Origin: Candidatus Bathyarchaeota archaeon
GTDB taxonomy: Archaea; Thermoproteota; Bathyarchaeia; 40CM-2-53-6
Assembly (NCBI GenBank): GCA_963733055.1
Contig: CAVTBR010000003.1
Span: 576,001 to 640,000, forward strand
DNA length: 64,000 nt
Direction of reading: 5' to 3'
Shown here piece after piece: positions 9,827-20,491 of the stretch; the stretch's first letter is position 1, and every line of letters begins with the position of its first letter. A program made the position numbers and the translations under genes. The notes beneath the pieces are model-generated. The model was not told the origin of the DNA and ran no database searches. It was given only the letters and a program-made list of their open reading frames with translations.

Positions 9827-10603
9827 TTGCGTGAAACTCTCGAAAAGCTTGCACAGGGCAAGATCTCCGTTGATGAAGCAGAGAAAGCGTTGAAGATGAA
9901 CATTGTTGAAAATGTGGGCAATGTGGCGAAGCTTGATGTCGGTAGGGAAAAGAGACGCAGCGTTCCAGAAATAGTATTCGCGGAAGGAAAAAGTAAGGAA
10001 GATCTCGACGCTATTTGCAAGACGATGCTCGAGAAGACCGGGCGCATAATAGTCACCCGGCTAGACAATCAACAAATCGACGAATTACAAACCAAGTTCC
10101 ACGCTTACGATACTCAGGTGTCCCCGCACGCCAAGTCACTGGTCGTTAGAAGGAAGGAATATCATGGCCCGAAAACCGGGGGACGGATTGGTGTCCTGAC
10201 GGCGGGCACTGTGGATTTGGCAGTGGCTGAGGAGGCCGTGATGATCGCGCAGGAGATGGGATGTGAAACATTCTTGGAGGCTGATGCCGGTGTGGCAGGA
10301 ATTCATCGGTTAGTGGAACCCTTGAAGAGGATGTTGGCTAATGATGTGGATTGCCTAATTGTTGTGGCCGGTCGAGAAGGTGCGCTTCCCACAGTCGTCG
10401 CGGGGTTAGTAGATCTACCACTGATCGCCGTCCCGGCCTCATCCGGTTACGGCTATGGAGGCAAGGGGGAAGCAGCGTTGATGGCCATGTTGCAGGCTTG
10501 TTCTCTAGGCTTGGCAGTAGTCAATATTGACTCGGGCGTTGCTGCGGGTGTTGTTGCGGCACAGGTAGCGAATCGGGTTGCTCGTGCGAGGGCGTCTCAT
10601 TAA
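9827..10603 (+). CDS. larB: Nickel-pincer cofactor biosynthesis protein LarB
   Basis: PEIVFAEGK, DAGVAGIHRL, AGREGAL, GYG and VVNID motifs. Confidence 0.9.
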   Translation: MRETLEKLAQGKISVDEAEKALKMNIVENVGNVAKLDVGREKRRSVPEIVFAEGKSKEDLDAICKTMLEKTGRIIVTRLDNQQIDELQTKFHAYDTQVSPHAKSLVVRRKEYHGPKTGGRIGVLTAGTVDLAVAEEAVMIAQEMGCETFLEADAGVAGIHRLVEPLKRMLANDVDCLIVVAGREGALPTVVAGLVDLPLIAVPASSGYGYGGKGEAALMAMLQACSLGLAVVNIDSGVAAGVVAAQVANRVARARASH

Positions 10604-11542
10604 TCAGGATACGCTTACGGTTTTCAAGTGGCCGCACGCCGCTTTTACAACATCAACAGACTTCATGAAAGCGGTCCTCTCATCGTTATTCAATTTCAGT
10701 TCAATCACGCGCTCAACGCCTCGCGCACCAAGAACCGCGGGAACGTCCACGTAGACATCCTTCAAGCCATACTCGCCGTTTAGATGTGCCGTGAGGCATA
10801 GAACCATCTTCTTGTCTTTGATGATGCTCTCAACCATTCTCGTTATTCCGTGTGCTGGAGCGAAAATCGTTGCTCCTTTGAGCGCTATCACTTCGGCCGC
10901 GATCTTCCTTGTCCGATCGATAGCCTCGTTTACTTGAGACTGAGAAAGCAATTCAGTGATGGGTGCACCGTTCACTGTTGAGAATCTGGGAAGGGGAACC
11001 ATCGAGTCGCCGTGTTCGCCGATCACAACGGCATGGATTGAGCTCGTTGATACTTTCAGAGCCTTGGCGATGAAGTACTTGAACCGCATCGTATCAAGCA
11101 TCCCACTCTGTCCGAAGACTCTCAAGGGTTCGAACCCGGTAACCTTCCACGCCAAGAAAGTCATAACGTCAAGCGGGTTGGTAACCATCAACACAAGTGT
11201 CTTCGGAGCATACTCCCGAATCTTCTCGCAAATATCTCGAATTATGGTTTCATTCTTCTCCTGCAAATCGAGGCGCGTCATGCCTGGCTTCCTTCCCAGC
11301 CCCCCGATCACGACAACAAGATCCGAACCCGCGATGTCTTTGTAATCGTTCGATCCGACTATATCGAGATCCGTTCCCTGCTCTGCCACCATTTGCCCCA
11401 AGTCAAGAGCCTCGCCTTGAGGTAGTCCCTGAATGATGTCGACGAGCCTAAGATCGCCAAGCTCTCTTTGAGCAACCTGAAGCGCCACCGCGCTTCCTAA
11501 TTTACCCGTACCAATAATCGAGATTAGTTTCCGCGCAGTCAA
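10604..11542 (-). CDS. mdh: LDH-like malate dehydrogenase
   Basis: GxGxxG, RKPGMTRLDL, TNPLD, GEHGDSM. Confidence 0.9.
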   Translation of the reverse strand: MTARKLISIIGTGKLGSAVALQVAQRELGDLRLVDIIQGLPQGEALDLGQMVAEQGTDLDIVGSNDYKDIAGSDLVVVIGGLGRKPGMTRLDLQEKNETIIRDICEKIREYAPKTLVLMVTNPLDVMTFLAWKVTGFEPLRVFGQSGMLDTMRFKYFIAKALKVSTSSIHAVVIGEHGDSMVPLPRFSTVNGAPITELLSQSQVNEAIDRTRKIAAEVIALKGATIFAPAHGITRMVESIIKDKKMVLCLTAHLNGEYGLKDVYVDVPAVLGARGVERVIELKLNNDERTAFMKSVDVVKAACGHLKTVSVS

Positions 11543-11742
11543 CCATTACACCAAGAAACTACTTCTTTCTCTTGCATATGGTCTAATCGTTTTTGTCAAT
11601 TCGCATGTCGGCACGATATGATTCTGATATACACTTTGTCTATTTCGCGGGAAAGTTCGCGTGTTTGGGTTCTCTAGCAAGGCTTTTATGGGTTGAACAT
11701 CCGCTAAACTTAACTCGATTCAGAAAGGGGAGGGAATGTTCA

Positions 11743-11889
11743 TTGGCTGAAATGTTTTGTGTAAAGTGTAAAGAGAAGAAAACTGTTCCTGACGATCAGA
11801 CTACGATGGAGAAGACAGCTAAGGGCCGCAACATGATGCGCGCGACCTGTCCAACCTGCGGCACAAAGATGACGAAGTTCACGAAGTAG
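11743..11889 (+). CDS. Small basic Zn-ribbon protein (DUF5679-like)
   Basis: FCVKCKEK...ATCPTCGTKMTKF. TTG start at 11743 follows a purine-rich RBS. Confidence 0.75.
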   Translation: MAEMFCVKCKEKKTVPDDQTTMEKTAKGRNMMRATCPTCGTKMTKFTK

Positions 11890-12025
11890 TGCACTCCTTA
11901 CATAAATTGAGAAACTGGTCCACTATTTCCATCAGTCGCTAGGATCGAACGACTCAAACATCCCACTTTTCATCGGGAGTATCCACTAGCAAGCCTTAGA
12001 GGCAGGGTAATCCACCCCCCCTTCA

Positions 12026-12877
12026 GTGAACAGGGGTTTGGAAATCAGCTCTTCAAGCCTGAGTTTTCGCTTGTCCCTGGTTGACCTTGAAGAACTGAAA
12101 CCACATGAGGAAGTAATTCAGGAAGTCGTCCAAGCCCTCTCAAGAGAGATTCGCGAAACGGGAGTAGTTCACGATCCACTAATGGTGGATAAGGATGATT
12201 ATGTCATCCTCGACGGAATGCACCGGTACAATTCTCTGAAACAGCTAAACTGCCGATTTGCTCCCTGCTGTCTCCTCGATTATGACAGCCCGCGAATAAA
12301 GGTAGGCTCATGGTTCAGGCTGTTTACGGTAAGCGATCCAACAAGGCTTACGGAGACGGTACTTGAAGAGATGAAATTGGAATATTCGAGGAAGCGGGGG
12401 GATGCTTCAATTTTGAATTATGATACGGAGGCATTCATTCTTACTGGAGAGGGAGATGTGTTCTCATCCTCTCTAAACCCCTTTGAACGGTGCCGCATGG
12501 CAATTAGTGTGGAGAAGCGTATCGTCAACTACGGCCACGATGTTGAATATCTATCTGAACCAATTGCGCTGCATCAACTTCGGTCCGGTCAAGCGAACCT
12601 CGTCATGGCAATGCCCATCTTCTCAAAAGCCGAAATCCGTGAGTTTGGTTTAGAGGGGAGACTCCTACCTCACAAGGTGACACGTCACATTATTCCTTCC
12701 CGACCGCTTGCGATGGATACCCCTCTCGAGTTGCTTCTTAATCCAAATATTACATGTCAGGAGGCTGATGCCAAATTGGGAGACCTCTTAGCTAAAAGAA
12801 CGGTTGAGAAGAAACCGCCGGGTTCGGTAGTTGATGGAAGGCATTATGATGAAGAATTGCTGGTATTCTCCGGGTAA
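12026..12877 (+). CDS. ParB/Srx-fold protein, SerK/SbnI free-serine-kinase-like
   Basis: LKPHEE, ILDGMHR, LLDY and PHKVTRH motifs. Confidence 0.65.
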   Translation: MNRGLEISSSSLSFRLSLVDLEELKPHEEVIQEVVQALSREIRETGVVHDPLMVDKDDYVILDGMHRYNSLKQLNCRFAPCCLLDYDSPRIKVGSWFRLFTVSDPTRLTETVLEEMKLEYSRKRGDASILNYDTEAFILTGEGDVFSSSLNPFERCRMAISVEKRIVNYGHDVEYLSEPIALHQLRSGQANLVMAMPIFSKAEIREFGLEGRLLPHKVTRHIIPSRPLAMDTPLELLLNPNITCQEADAKLGDLLAKRTVEKKPPGSVVDGRHYDEELLVFSG

Positions 12878-12891
12878 TGAGCTGGTTCAGG

Positions 12892-12897
12892 TTTATA
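12892..12897 (+). promoter_or_regulatory. TATA box upstream of rpl38e
   Basis: TTTATA about 40 bp before the ATG. Confidence 0.45.
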
Positions 12898-12937
12898 TTT
12901 CTCCGCACTCGTTACGCGGCGGGCGGGCCAGAATGCA

Positions 12938-13132
12938 ATGCCAAGAGAAATCAACGACACCGAAGAGTTCGTGAAGATTTCAGAGCGCGCAACCGAGTGT
13001 CGAGTAAAGCGGCTTGAGGACATTGTGAGATTGAAACTCCGAACATCGCGCCATCTATACACTATCAAGGTTGACCCACAAAAAGCGGCAGAATTGCTCA
13101 AACAAATTCGATGCGAAGTTATCGAAGCTTAA
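12938..13132 (+). CDS. rpl38e: Ribosomal protein L38e
   Basis: MPREI...CRVKR...LKLRTSRHLYTIK. Confidence 0.9.
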   Translation: MPREINDTEEFVKISERATECRVKRLEDIVRLKLRTSRHLYTIKVDPQKAAELLKQIRCEVIEA

Positions 13133-13178
13133 CTCGCTTGAATTAATCATACCACGAGGAAGTCCCCTGACTCTAGAT

Positions 13179-14355
13179 ATGATCACGTATGACCTGTTCC
13201 TTTTCTTTGGAATCCTAGCGGTTCTCGCAGCAGCATATTCCCAGTACCTTGGCATGAAATTCGACGATAACGTTTCCACATCGCTAAGAAAACGTAGGCC
13301 CGTCTTTACTCCCAAGACCTGTCTCGTGATGGCCTGCAAAGACGTTGAACCCGAATTCGAGAAGAATGTGGAAGCGATACTCAACCAAGACTATTCCAAT
13401 TACCGGACGATCATGGTGACTGATAACGTGGAAGACCCTGCATATTCCATCGTCAAGTCAATCCTAACCAAGCATGCGGGCAAAGACATTCACCTGTACA
13501 ATTCCACCGACCATCGAGGCGCAAGCGGAAAGGTCGCCGCATTGTTGACCGCTATAGAGAAGGACGCCGGCGTAAGTGAGGCATTCGCGTTTGTGGATAG
13601 CGATGCTTTCGTTCCATCTGGATGGCTCGCGGACTTAGTCGCTCCTCTGGCAAATGATTCGGTTGGGGCAACCACGGGGTTTCGTTGGTATTTCCCTTCC
13701 CGCGGAGGATTCTGGTCACATCTAGAATCGGCGTGGAACGCGGCGGGCATGAATCTGATGTTCAACGAGCGATACACCTTCCCGTGGGGTGGCGCGATGG
13801 CGATTCTAACCGAGAAAATGAACACGGTGGACATCCGGAACGTGTGGGAAGATGCCATCAGTGATGACTTGTCGTTGAATTCGGCGTTAAGAAAGCATGG
13901 CTATAGAACGATTTTCGTTCCCCAATGCATGGTCGCTACCTACAACCGAGCTACGACTCGAAGCTTCATCGGCTGGGCCACTCGCCAAATAGCACTAACG
14001 AGAGCGTTCAACCCCGAACTCTGGCGTTACGGATTCTCAGCATACGCATTCTTGTCGACACTCATGGTGCTCGCGCTCGCGAGCCTAGCCGCGTCCGCGC
14101 TCTGGTCGCCAGTTTGGTTACTCCCTAGCGCACTATTATTCACGCCCTCATTTCTAGGGATCTTTAGGAGCAGCCAAAGGGTCACGACCTTCAAACGAGC
14201 GATGCCAGCTCATGCTCGAAGAGTTCGAGAAGAATCGATACGCTGATTCGATCACAAGCCTTATTGTCCCATGGATTATGACGTACTGCATAATTAGTTC
14301 GGCCCGAATGAACGAGATAGAATGGCGAGGCCGAAAATACAAGCTCAGTGGATAG
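13179..14355 (+). CDS. Membrane GT2/GT21 glycosyltransferase (HpnI/ceramide glucosyltransferase-like), frameshifted near 14220
   Basis: FVDSD and SDD motifs plus TM helices. The conserved C-terminus IEWRGRKY is in another frame, ending at TAG 14355. Confidence 0.8.
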
Positions 14356-14361
14356 ACGCAC

Positions 14362-15537
14362 TTGCCTCATCGCGAAGCGTTCCTACAACCGCTAATCAAG
14401 AAACAGCTAGACCTAGTCATATTATTCGTCACCTCAGCTTGTAACGCGCGATGTAGGACATGCTTCTACTGGCTGGAACTCAATCGCAAAGGAGACATGA
14501 CGTTCGATGAAATTAGCAAACTATCAGCAACTATGCCCAAATTCCACGACCTCTGGCTCTCGGGTGGAGAACCCTTCCTGAGGAAAGACCTCGCGAACGT
14601 CATACGCCTATTCTATACCAACAACAACATTCGTGACGTCCGAATCCCAACCAACGGACTTCCCACAGAACAGACCATCAAGACGGTAGTAGCGGTTCTT
14701 GAAGAATGCCCTGAGATCCAACTTGAGATAGATTTCTCCATAGACGGGTTCGCGCAGACACATGACAGAATTAGGGCGGTTCCAGGCAACTTCGAGAAAG
14801 CACTCGAGACCATGGCCGAGCTTGAACGAATCAGAGCGAAAGCCGCTAACCTAACGCTCTATGTAAACTCTGTGATAACCAGCGAAAACCGAAACGAAAT
14901 AATTCCGTTAGGCGACTACTTCAAACAGACCCACGACTTGGATGGACATTATTTTCAGATCATTCGCGGAGAGCCGAAAGATCAAAGCCTGCAAGCAGTC
15001 GAACCAACGGAACTTCAGCAAACCTACGAGAAAATACTGCCCCTCAACCTTCAGTACATCTCGAAACCATCCCGAAAAAAGTCGCGACTGGATGGATTGG
15101 CGAAGGCATTTTGGAGGGCCGGCTACATGTTCAGTTACGATACGCAATTCAAGAATTACGCCTACGGGACTAAGTGGAGGATGCCATGCACCGCCGGTCA
15201 GACCTCTATCGTAATCGATTACAACGCGGACGTCAGAGTCTGCGAGCTGAGGAAACCAATCGGAAATCTACGAAAGTTTGACATGAATTTCAGTAAGTTC
15301 TGGGGGTCATTAGAACGAAAGAGGGAAGTTCGACAAGTCGGATTAGACCAGTGCTTTTGCACACACATCTGTTTCGTGTATGACTCTATGCGACATAGCA
15401 AGAGGGTCATGCTTTGGGAGCTTCCAAAACTATACGTGAAATACGCCTTGAAGAAGTTAGGAAGCACGAAGCTGAGGATAGCTAATTCGCCAAACGTAAG
15501 AGTTGAGGAAACCGCCCCGACGGTAAGCACAGGTTAA
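14362..15537 (+). CDS. Radical SAM protein with twitch/SPASM-like C-terminus
   Basis: CNARCRTC, SGGEPFLR, SIDG...HDRIR, PCTAG, VCEL, CFCTHIC. Confidence 0.9.
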   Translation: MPHREAFLQPLIKKQLDLVILFVTSACNARCRTCFYWLELNRKGDMTFDEISKLSATMPKFHDLWLSGGEPFLRKDLANVIRLFYTNNNIRDVRIPTNGLPTEQTIKTVVAVLEECPEIQLEIDFSIDGFAQTHDRIRAVPGNFEKALETMAELERIRAKAANLTLYVNSVITSENRNEIIPLGDYFKQTHDLDGHYFQIIRGEPKDQSLQAVEPTELQQTYEKILPLNLQYISKPSRKKSRLDGLAKAFWRAGYMFSYDTQFKNYAYGTKWRMPCTAGQTSIVIDYNADVRVCELRKPIGNLRKFDMNFSKFWGSLERKREVRQVGLDQCFCTHICFVYDSMRHSKRVMLWELPKLYVKYALKKLGSTKLRIANSPNVRVEETAPTVSTG

Positions 15538-15556
15538 CGAAAGGCCAGTGGAGTGC

Positions 15557-15898
15557 TCACTTCTTCATTACAATCGTTCGTAGTCTCGAAACTTTGGTTA
15601 ACGCAAACTTCCGACTCGCCGTAACTAAAACAAACGTCTTTCCCGAACGGAAGATAAACGCGACGACTTTCTCATGAATAAGAATCGAGTATTCAGGCTT
15701 CCCGAAGAACTCGGCTAGATCCTCCGTCTTCTGTTCAGAAACTAACTTCGCAATCAAATGGGGAGTCTTTTCCAAAGGCTCAATCGGCTGCAGTCCTTCT
15801 CTCATACCGCCCTCGATGATTCTTCCATTTCCGTCAACGACCGCGGCGAACCGGACCAGTTTATCAAACCGCATAAGCCGATCATAAAGTCGGGCCAT
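15557..15898 (-). CDS. Roadblock/profilin-fold-like hypothetical protein (DUF6659-like)
   Basis: VRFAAVVDGNGRIIEGGMREG pattern. Confidence 0.6.
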   Translation of the reverse strand: MARLYDRLMRFDKLVRFAAVVDGNGRIIEGGMREGLQPIEPLEKTPHLIAKLVSEQKTEDLAEFFGKPEYSILIHEKVVAFIFRSGKTFVLVTASRKFALTKVSRLRTIVMKK

Positions 15899-16036
15899 GG
15901 ATACTCGCTTCCTTGTCTAAACCGAAGATTGACTCTAATCTGGGTTTCGCAATCCCGGTGAAACGGTTCATTTCGGCCGCTGATACTCCCCGCCGGTAGC
16001 CTTTATTTCTCGGCCCCCGAATTCACGGAACGCTTT

Positions 16037-16132
16037 GGGCCGGTCGTCTAGCCTGGTTAGGATATCTGCCTGACAAACACAAAAAGTTCCGAGCGCAGAT
16101 GGTCGCCGGTTCAAGTCCGGCCCGGCCCACCA
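16037..16132 (+). tRNA. tRNA-Val(GAC) with ~18-nt intron in the anticodon loop (about 37/38)
   Basis: GGGCCGG/CCGGCCC acceptor stem plus ACCA, TCTGC/GCAGA anticodon stem, TTCAAGT T-loop, relaxed BHB. TTTATTT lies about 30 bp upstream. Confidence 0.9.
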
Positions 16133-16305
16133 TTCAATAAGCATTGAAGTTTGCTACGATCTGAGTCAACTGCGTGCATAGATGCTGAGGAGAAGTAAAC
16201 GGTGTAAGCGCGGCGGCTAGGTGAGGGTAGGAATCCCTTTCGAAAGAAATAGGGGCAGGTAGGTTGGAGGCCTACTGGAGAATTGTTCCCGTTGAGTTGA
16301 GTTGG

Positions 16306-16806
16306 TTAATGGCCGATCGTTACTGGTCCTTGTAATGACAAGAAGTATTGTGAGGCTAGCTTGCTTTCCGGGGCAGTAAACATGGCACTATTGCCTTGAA
16401 TCGCGCCGTGAAGCGTTAGCTCCTGTCCGTTGCTCGTTTGCGCGTTGATTTCCACCATGCCTTTGCCATTTTCTGTACCCTGGCCTGAGACGATTGCATA
16501 GCTCTGAGTACCAATCGACATTGTACCTGTGATGCCGCCGATCTTGAGTTGTCCACCATTATTTGTCGACACAGTCCCGTTAAGTAACAGAGTCGCACTT
16601 AGAGACGCATTGCCAGCCGCATTTCCGATGACTGTTGCTTGGCCGGAGGCGTTTATCGTCAAGACACCCGTAGAAGCCGATGGACCGTGCACTGGCTTCA
16701 AAGTAGAAGCGAACAGACTTTGGCCCGCGATTAAGGGTTGAGCGGCTAGCACTGCGATCATAATTGTTACTGCAACCGTGAGGATTCGTTTGTGTGAGAT
16801 TTGCAT
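16306..16806 (-). CDS. Secreted Gly-rich beta protein, hypothetical
   Basis: Signal peptide; 166 aa ORF. Confidence 0.6.
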   Translation of the reverse strand: MQISHKRILTVAVTIMIAVLAAQPLIAGQSLFASTLKPVHGPSASTGVLTINASGQATVIGNAAGNASLSATLLLNGTVSTNNGGQLKIGGITGTMSIGTQSYAIVSGQGTENGKGMVEINAQTSNGQELTLHGAIQGNSAMFTAPESKLASQYFLSLQGPVTIGH

Positions 16807-16921
16807 AATGTCCCACCATTTTCCTAATCTAAGGGCATGGAGACAATTACATCAACACGCTTCCACCGAAACTACTAGCGCTTAAATGGGGAATGGAGAA
16901 CCCAGGCAATGGACGACTAAG

Positions 16922-17704
16922 CTACTTCACGAGTTTGTTTCGGAGCAAGTTCACTGGAACGGACGTGAATATTGCTAGAAATATCAGGATCCATGCGAGA
17001 TCCAACAGGACCGGTATTCCGACATTTCCGAGAACTAAAGGACGAACCACGTTAACCAGATGATATAGTGGACTGAAGAATGCTATGTCCTTCACAACTT
17101 GCGGCAGCGGATCCAGGGGGTAGAAAACTCCGGAGAAGAGGAAGAGTGGAGTGACGAAGAGTGTGAAGAAGTAGTTCACGTGGTATATGCTCTTCAAGAA
17201 TGAGGTATATGTTAAGCCGATAACTGCAAACATTAAACCACCCAATACGCCCATGAAAGGCACGAAAATCGCAAACCAAGAATGAACGAGCCCGAGCGCG
17301 ACGACAACTACGAGCATCACGGTTGCGTAAATTGTACTTCTCGTTGTTGCCCACATCAATTCCCCCACGACTATGTCCTCCACAGTTACCGGGGTCGCCA
17401 TCATAGCTTCATACACCTTGTCAAAATTGATTCGAACGAACGTGTTTATGGTAGTCTCGAAGGACGCGGCGGTCATTATCGATGAAGCAATTAGGCCCGG
17501 CGCGATGAATTGAATGTAGGATAAACCTTCAATTCGGGTAACATACGCGCCCAGGCCGAAACCTAAAGCGAGCAAGTAAATTAACGGATCCATAAGGTTG
17601 GAAATTATAGTTGACCTATAGACGTGTCTGTAAACGCTGACCTCTCGCTGCCAAACTCTAAATGCCTGACGTGGCGAGAACATCACGGGCCTGAATGGGT
17701 TCAC
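16922..17704 (-). CDS. ABC-2 permease (NodJ-like)
   Basis: Six TM segments, YIQFIAPGLIA, SGVFYP; overlaps the ATPase stop. Confidence 0.85.
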   Translation of the reverse strand: MNPFRPVMFSPRQAFRVWQREVSVYRHVYRSTIISNLMDPLIYLLALGFGLGAYVTRIEGLSYIQFIAPGLIASSIMTAASFETTINTFVRINFDKVYEAMMATPVTVEDIVVGELMWATTRSTIYATVMLVVVVALGLVHSWFAIFVPFMGVLGGLMFAVIGLTYTSFLKSIYHVNYFFTLFVTPLFLFSGVFYPLDPLPQVVKDIAFFSPLYHLVNVVRPLVLGNVGIPVLLDLAWILIFLAIFTSVPVNLLRNKLVK

Positions 17705-18612
17705 TCGGTCAAACGCCTTCCAGTCAACTTCAGAAAAACATCTTCTAACGTGCTTCTTCTGACGATCGCGTAATCCGTTTTGACACCCATGGCTTGGAGC
17801 TTGTCTAACAGAGCATCAGCCTCGTTCGAGTATAGAATCAACAGGTCTCTGTAGGCGTCATATCCGCGAATCAAGGGGTCATCTTTAGGTAGCTCAGAGA
17901 TGAGTTTCTCAGGCAACCGCATTTCGAGGACTTCACGGCCAATGTGTTTCTCGACCAGTTCATTTGGCCGACCCTCCTCCATTATCAGCCCTCGATCCAT
18001 GATAACGAGCCTATCACACAGCTGTTGGGCCTCGTCCATGTAATGTGTCGTTATTATCTGCGTGACCCCACGGTTCCTTAACTCGAATAACTTGTCCCAG
18101 ACGAGATGCCGGGCTTGCGGGTCAAGCCCCGTTGTCGGTTCATCGAGAATCAACAATTCAGGATCGCTCATCAGCGCCCTAGAAATCAATAATCGCCTCT
18201 TCATACCTCCGGATAGGTCGACGACCTTCGCATCTTTCTTCTCAGTTAGCTCCATGAAACGTAGTAACTCCTCTGCTCTTCGATTGGCTAATTGCGACGG
18301 TATGTTGAAGAATCGAGCGTATACAGTCAGGTTTTCCGCGACCGGCAAAGCTTCATCTAGATTTGATTCCTGAGGAACAACTCCAATCCGCCTCTTGATT
18401 TCCCTAAGGGATCGCTTCGGGTCTAAACCGAAGACGTGAAACGAACCAGAAGTCGATGGTGAAACGCAACCAATAATCCTCATAGTCGTTGTCTTCCCCG
18501 CCCCGTTCGGGCCGAGAAAACCAAAACATTCACCTTTTCCGACAGTAAAGCTAATTCCACGAACTGCCTGGACACCGTCGAAACGTTTCTCAAGCCCGTT
18601 CGCCTCAACCAC
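17701..18612 (-). CDS. ABC ATP-binding protein (NodI-like)
   Basis: GPNGAGKTT, LSGGMKRR, LDEPTTGLDPQAR. Confidence 0.9.
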   Translation of the reverse strand: MVEANGLEKRFDGVQAVRGISFTVGKGECFGFLGPNGAGKTTTMRIIGCVSPSTSGSFHVFGLDPKRSLREIKRRIGVVPQESNLDEALPVAENLTVYARFFNIPSQLANRRAEELLRFMELTEKKDAKVVDLSGGMKRRLLISRALMSDPELLILDEPTTGLDPQARHLVWDKLFELRNRGVTQIITTHYMDEAQQLCDRLVIMDRGLIMEEGRPNELVEKHIGREVLEMRLPEKLISELPKDDPLIRGYDAYRDLLILYSNEADALLDKLQAMGVKTDYAIVRRSTLEDVFLKLTGRRLTE

Positions 18613-18758
18613 CGTGGAATTTGATCTGTCCGTCGGAAACCCCCCTCATTTCAGGTGTTGCTTGGAATGCGCAAACACTTCTCTGCCGATAAAAGGTTCA
18701 ACCTTAGATTCGACATTGAGATTTTGTTGGGCTCGGCGATTCGCAAACCTCAGACTCA

Positions 18759-20483
18759 CTATATACCCATTGCATACGGAGTTTGGTATCTGGACGAAGC
18801 GGCTGCACTAATGATCCCATCGCGCTTGTCGACGTGAATGGCGGTGACTCTTCCGTTCACCCAGTCGTCCTCCATCACAACATGATGCCCTCTTCGTTTC
18901 AATTCACGCCCAATTTCCGGTTGAATTCTACCTTCCAAATACACGGCTCCTGACTCGATTTCCCGCGGGTAGAAGGAACTGCGAAACTGTGAATTGTGGA
19001 CGGTGGGGGCGTCAATCGCGGCTTGCAGATTCATACCGAACTCGACGAAATTCAGAAAGAACTGGAGGGTCCATTGATCCTGTTGGTCTCCTCCAGGAGT
19101 CCCGAACGCCATCATTGGTCTATTGTTGAAAGTGACGAGGGTTGGTGATAATGTTGTTCGTGGTCTCTTACGCGGCGAAAGAGAATTGGGGTGGGATTCA
19201 TCTAAAGAGAACATCTGACCTCTTGTTCCAAGCGCGAAACCTAATCCTTTGATCACGGGTGACCCCCAAATCCAGCCGCCGCTTGGTGTAACTGAGACCA
19301 TGTTGCCATCGGAATCGGCAACATCAAGATGCGTTGTATCTCCATGGAGTTTCGATGAACTAAGTAATGGGCCATGCGATATTGTGAAAGTTCCTTCTGT
19401 TTTGTCGAACGACACTCTTCCCATGTCAATTAGTTTACGTCGTTTCTTTGCATACTCTCTGGAAAGAAGCATGCTCATCGGGACCCGAGTGAATAGAGGA
19501 TCACCATAGAACTTCTCTCGGTCAGCGAACGCCAGTTTGGACGCTTCTGTGATGAGGTGAAGGTAATTGGCAGAGTTATGGCCCATTCGACGTAAATTGT
19601 ATCCTTCGAGGAGCCGCAGCTGCTGCAGAAAGACTGGTCCCTGGCTCCAAGGCCCACATTTGTGAACTCTCAGGCCTCTAAAGTCAATTGAAACGCTCTT
19701 CTCGATTCTCGTTTCGTAATCAGACAAATCATCGAAGTTGAGCAGGCATGTGTGGGGTTCGCCGGATGCATCTATCACGGGGTTGTTTGAGGCGAAGTTC
19801 ACGATTTGTCTAGCGATTGGGCCGGAATAGAATAGCTCCCTAGCAGCCAACAAACCCTGAAGACGAGTACGGTCATTTCTCCTCTCTGAAGCCGCGAGTC
19901 TGTGAAGGGTTCGGCCTAGATCGGGTTGGACCAGTAACTGGCCTGTGACGGGAGGCTTGCCGTTCGGAAGGTAGATTTGCGCGGTCGTTGGCCACTCTGT
20001 AAGGAAACGTTTTGCGTGAGCCTTGATGTTTCTCTCCAGAGTAGGGTACACTGGAAAACCATCCTCTGCTAGTCGGATTGCTGGAGCGAGGACTTGCTGA
20101 AGGCTCATTGTTCCAAATTTGGCTAGCAAAGTAATCCAGACATCGAATGAAGCTGGGACGGTTGCTGGTAGAAATCCGTCCCCTGGGATCAAATCGATTG
20201 CTCGATCGAGAAAGAACTCAAGCGTAGCTGCCGCTGGGGCCGTTCCCTGACCTGAGATGGCAAAGACTTTCTTCTGTCTGGATGAATACACGATGGCGGG
20301 TGCTTCACCGCCGATACTATTCATGTGTGGTTCGACTACGTGTAACGCCAAGCCTGTGGCGGCGGCCGCATCAAATGCATTTCCTCCGGCTAGCAGGATT
20401 TCGAATCCTGCGGTCGTTGCCAAGTAGTTTGATGATGTTACGCAGGCTTTAGTCCCGCGGACTATGGGCCTAGTTTCCGACAT
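18759..20483 (-). CDS. ggt: Gamma-glutamyltransferase family protein
   Basis: GGNAFDAA, DTTHLDVAD autoprocessing Thr, GTPGGD. Confidence 0.9.
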   Translation of the reverse strand: MSETRPIVRGTKACVTSSNYLATTAGFEILLAGGNAFDAAAATGLALHVVEPHMNSIGGEAPAIVYSSRQKKVFAISGQGTAPAAATLEFFLDRAIDLIPGDGFLPATVPASFDVWITLLAKFGTMSLQQVLAPAIRLAEDGFPVYPTLERNIKAHAKRFLTEWPTTAQIYLPNGKPPVTGQLLVQPDLGRTLHRLAASERRNDRTRLQGLLAARELFYSGPIARQIVNFASNNPVIDASGEPHTCLLNFDDLSDYETRIEKSVSIDFRGLRVHKCGPWSQGPVFLQQLRLLEGYNLRRMGHNSANYLHLITEASKLAFADREKFYGDPLFTRVPMSMLLSREYAKKRRKLIDMGRVSFDKTEGTFTISHGPLLSSSKLHGDTTHLDVADSDGNMVSVTPSGGWIWGSPVIKGLGFALGTRGQMFSLDESHPNSLSPRKRPRTTLSPTLVTFNNRPMMAFGTPGGDQQDQWTLQFFLNFVEFGMNLQAAIDAPTVHNSQFRSSFYPREIESGAVYLEGRIQPEIGRELKRRGHHVVMEDDWVNGRVTAIHVDKRDGIISAAASSRYQTPYAMGI

Positions 20484-20491
20484 TCGGGGCA

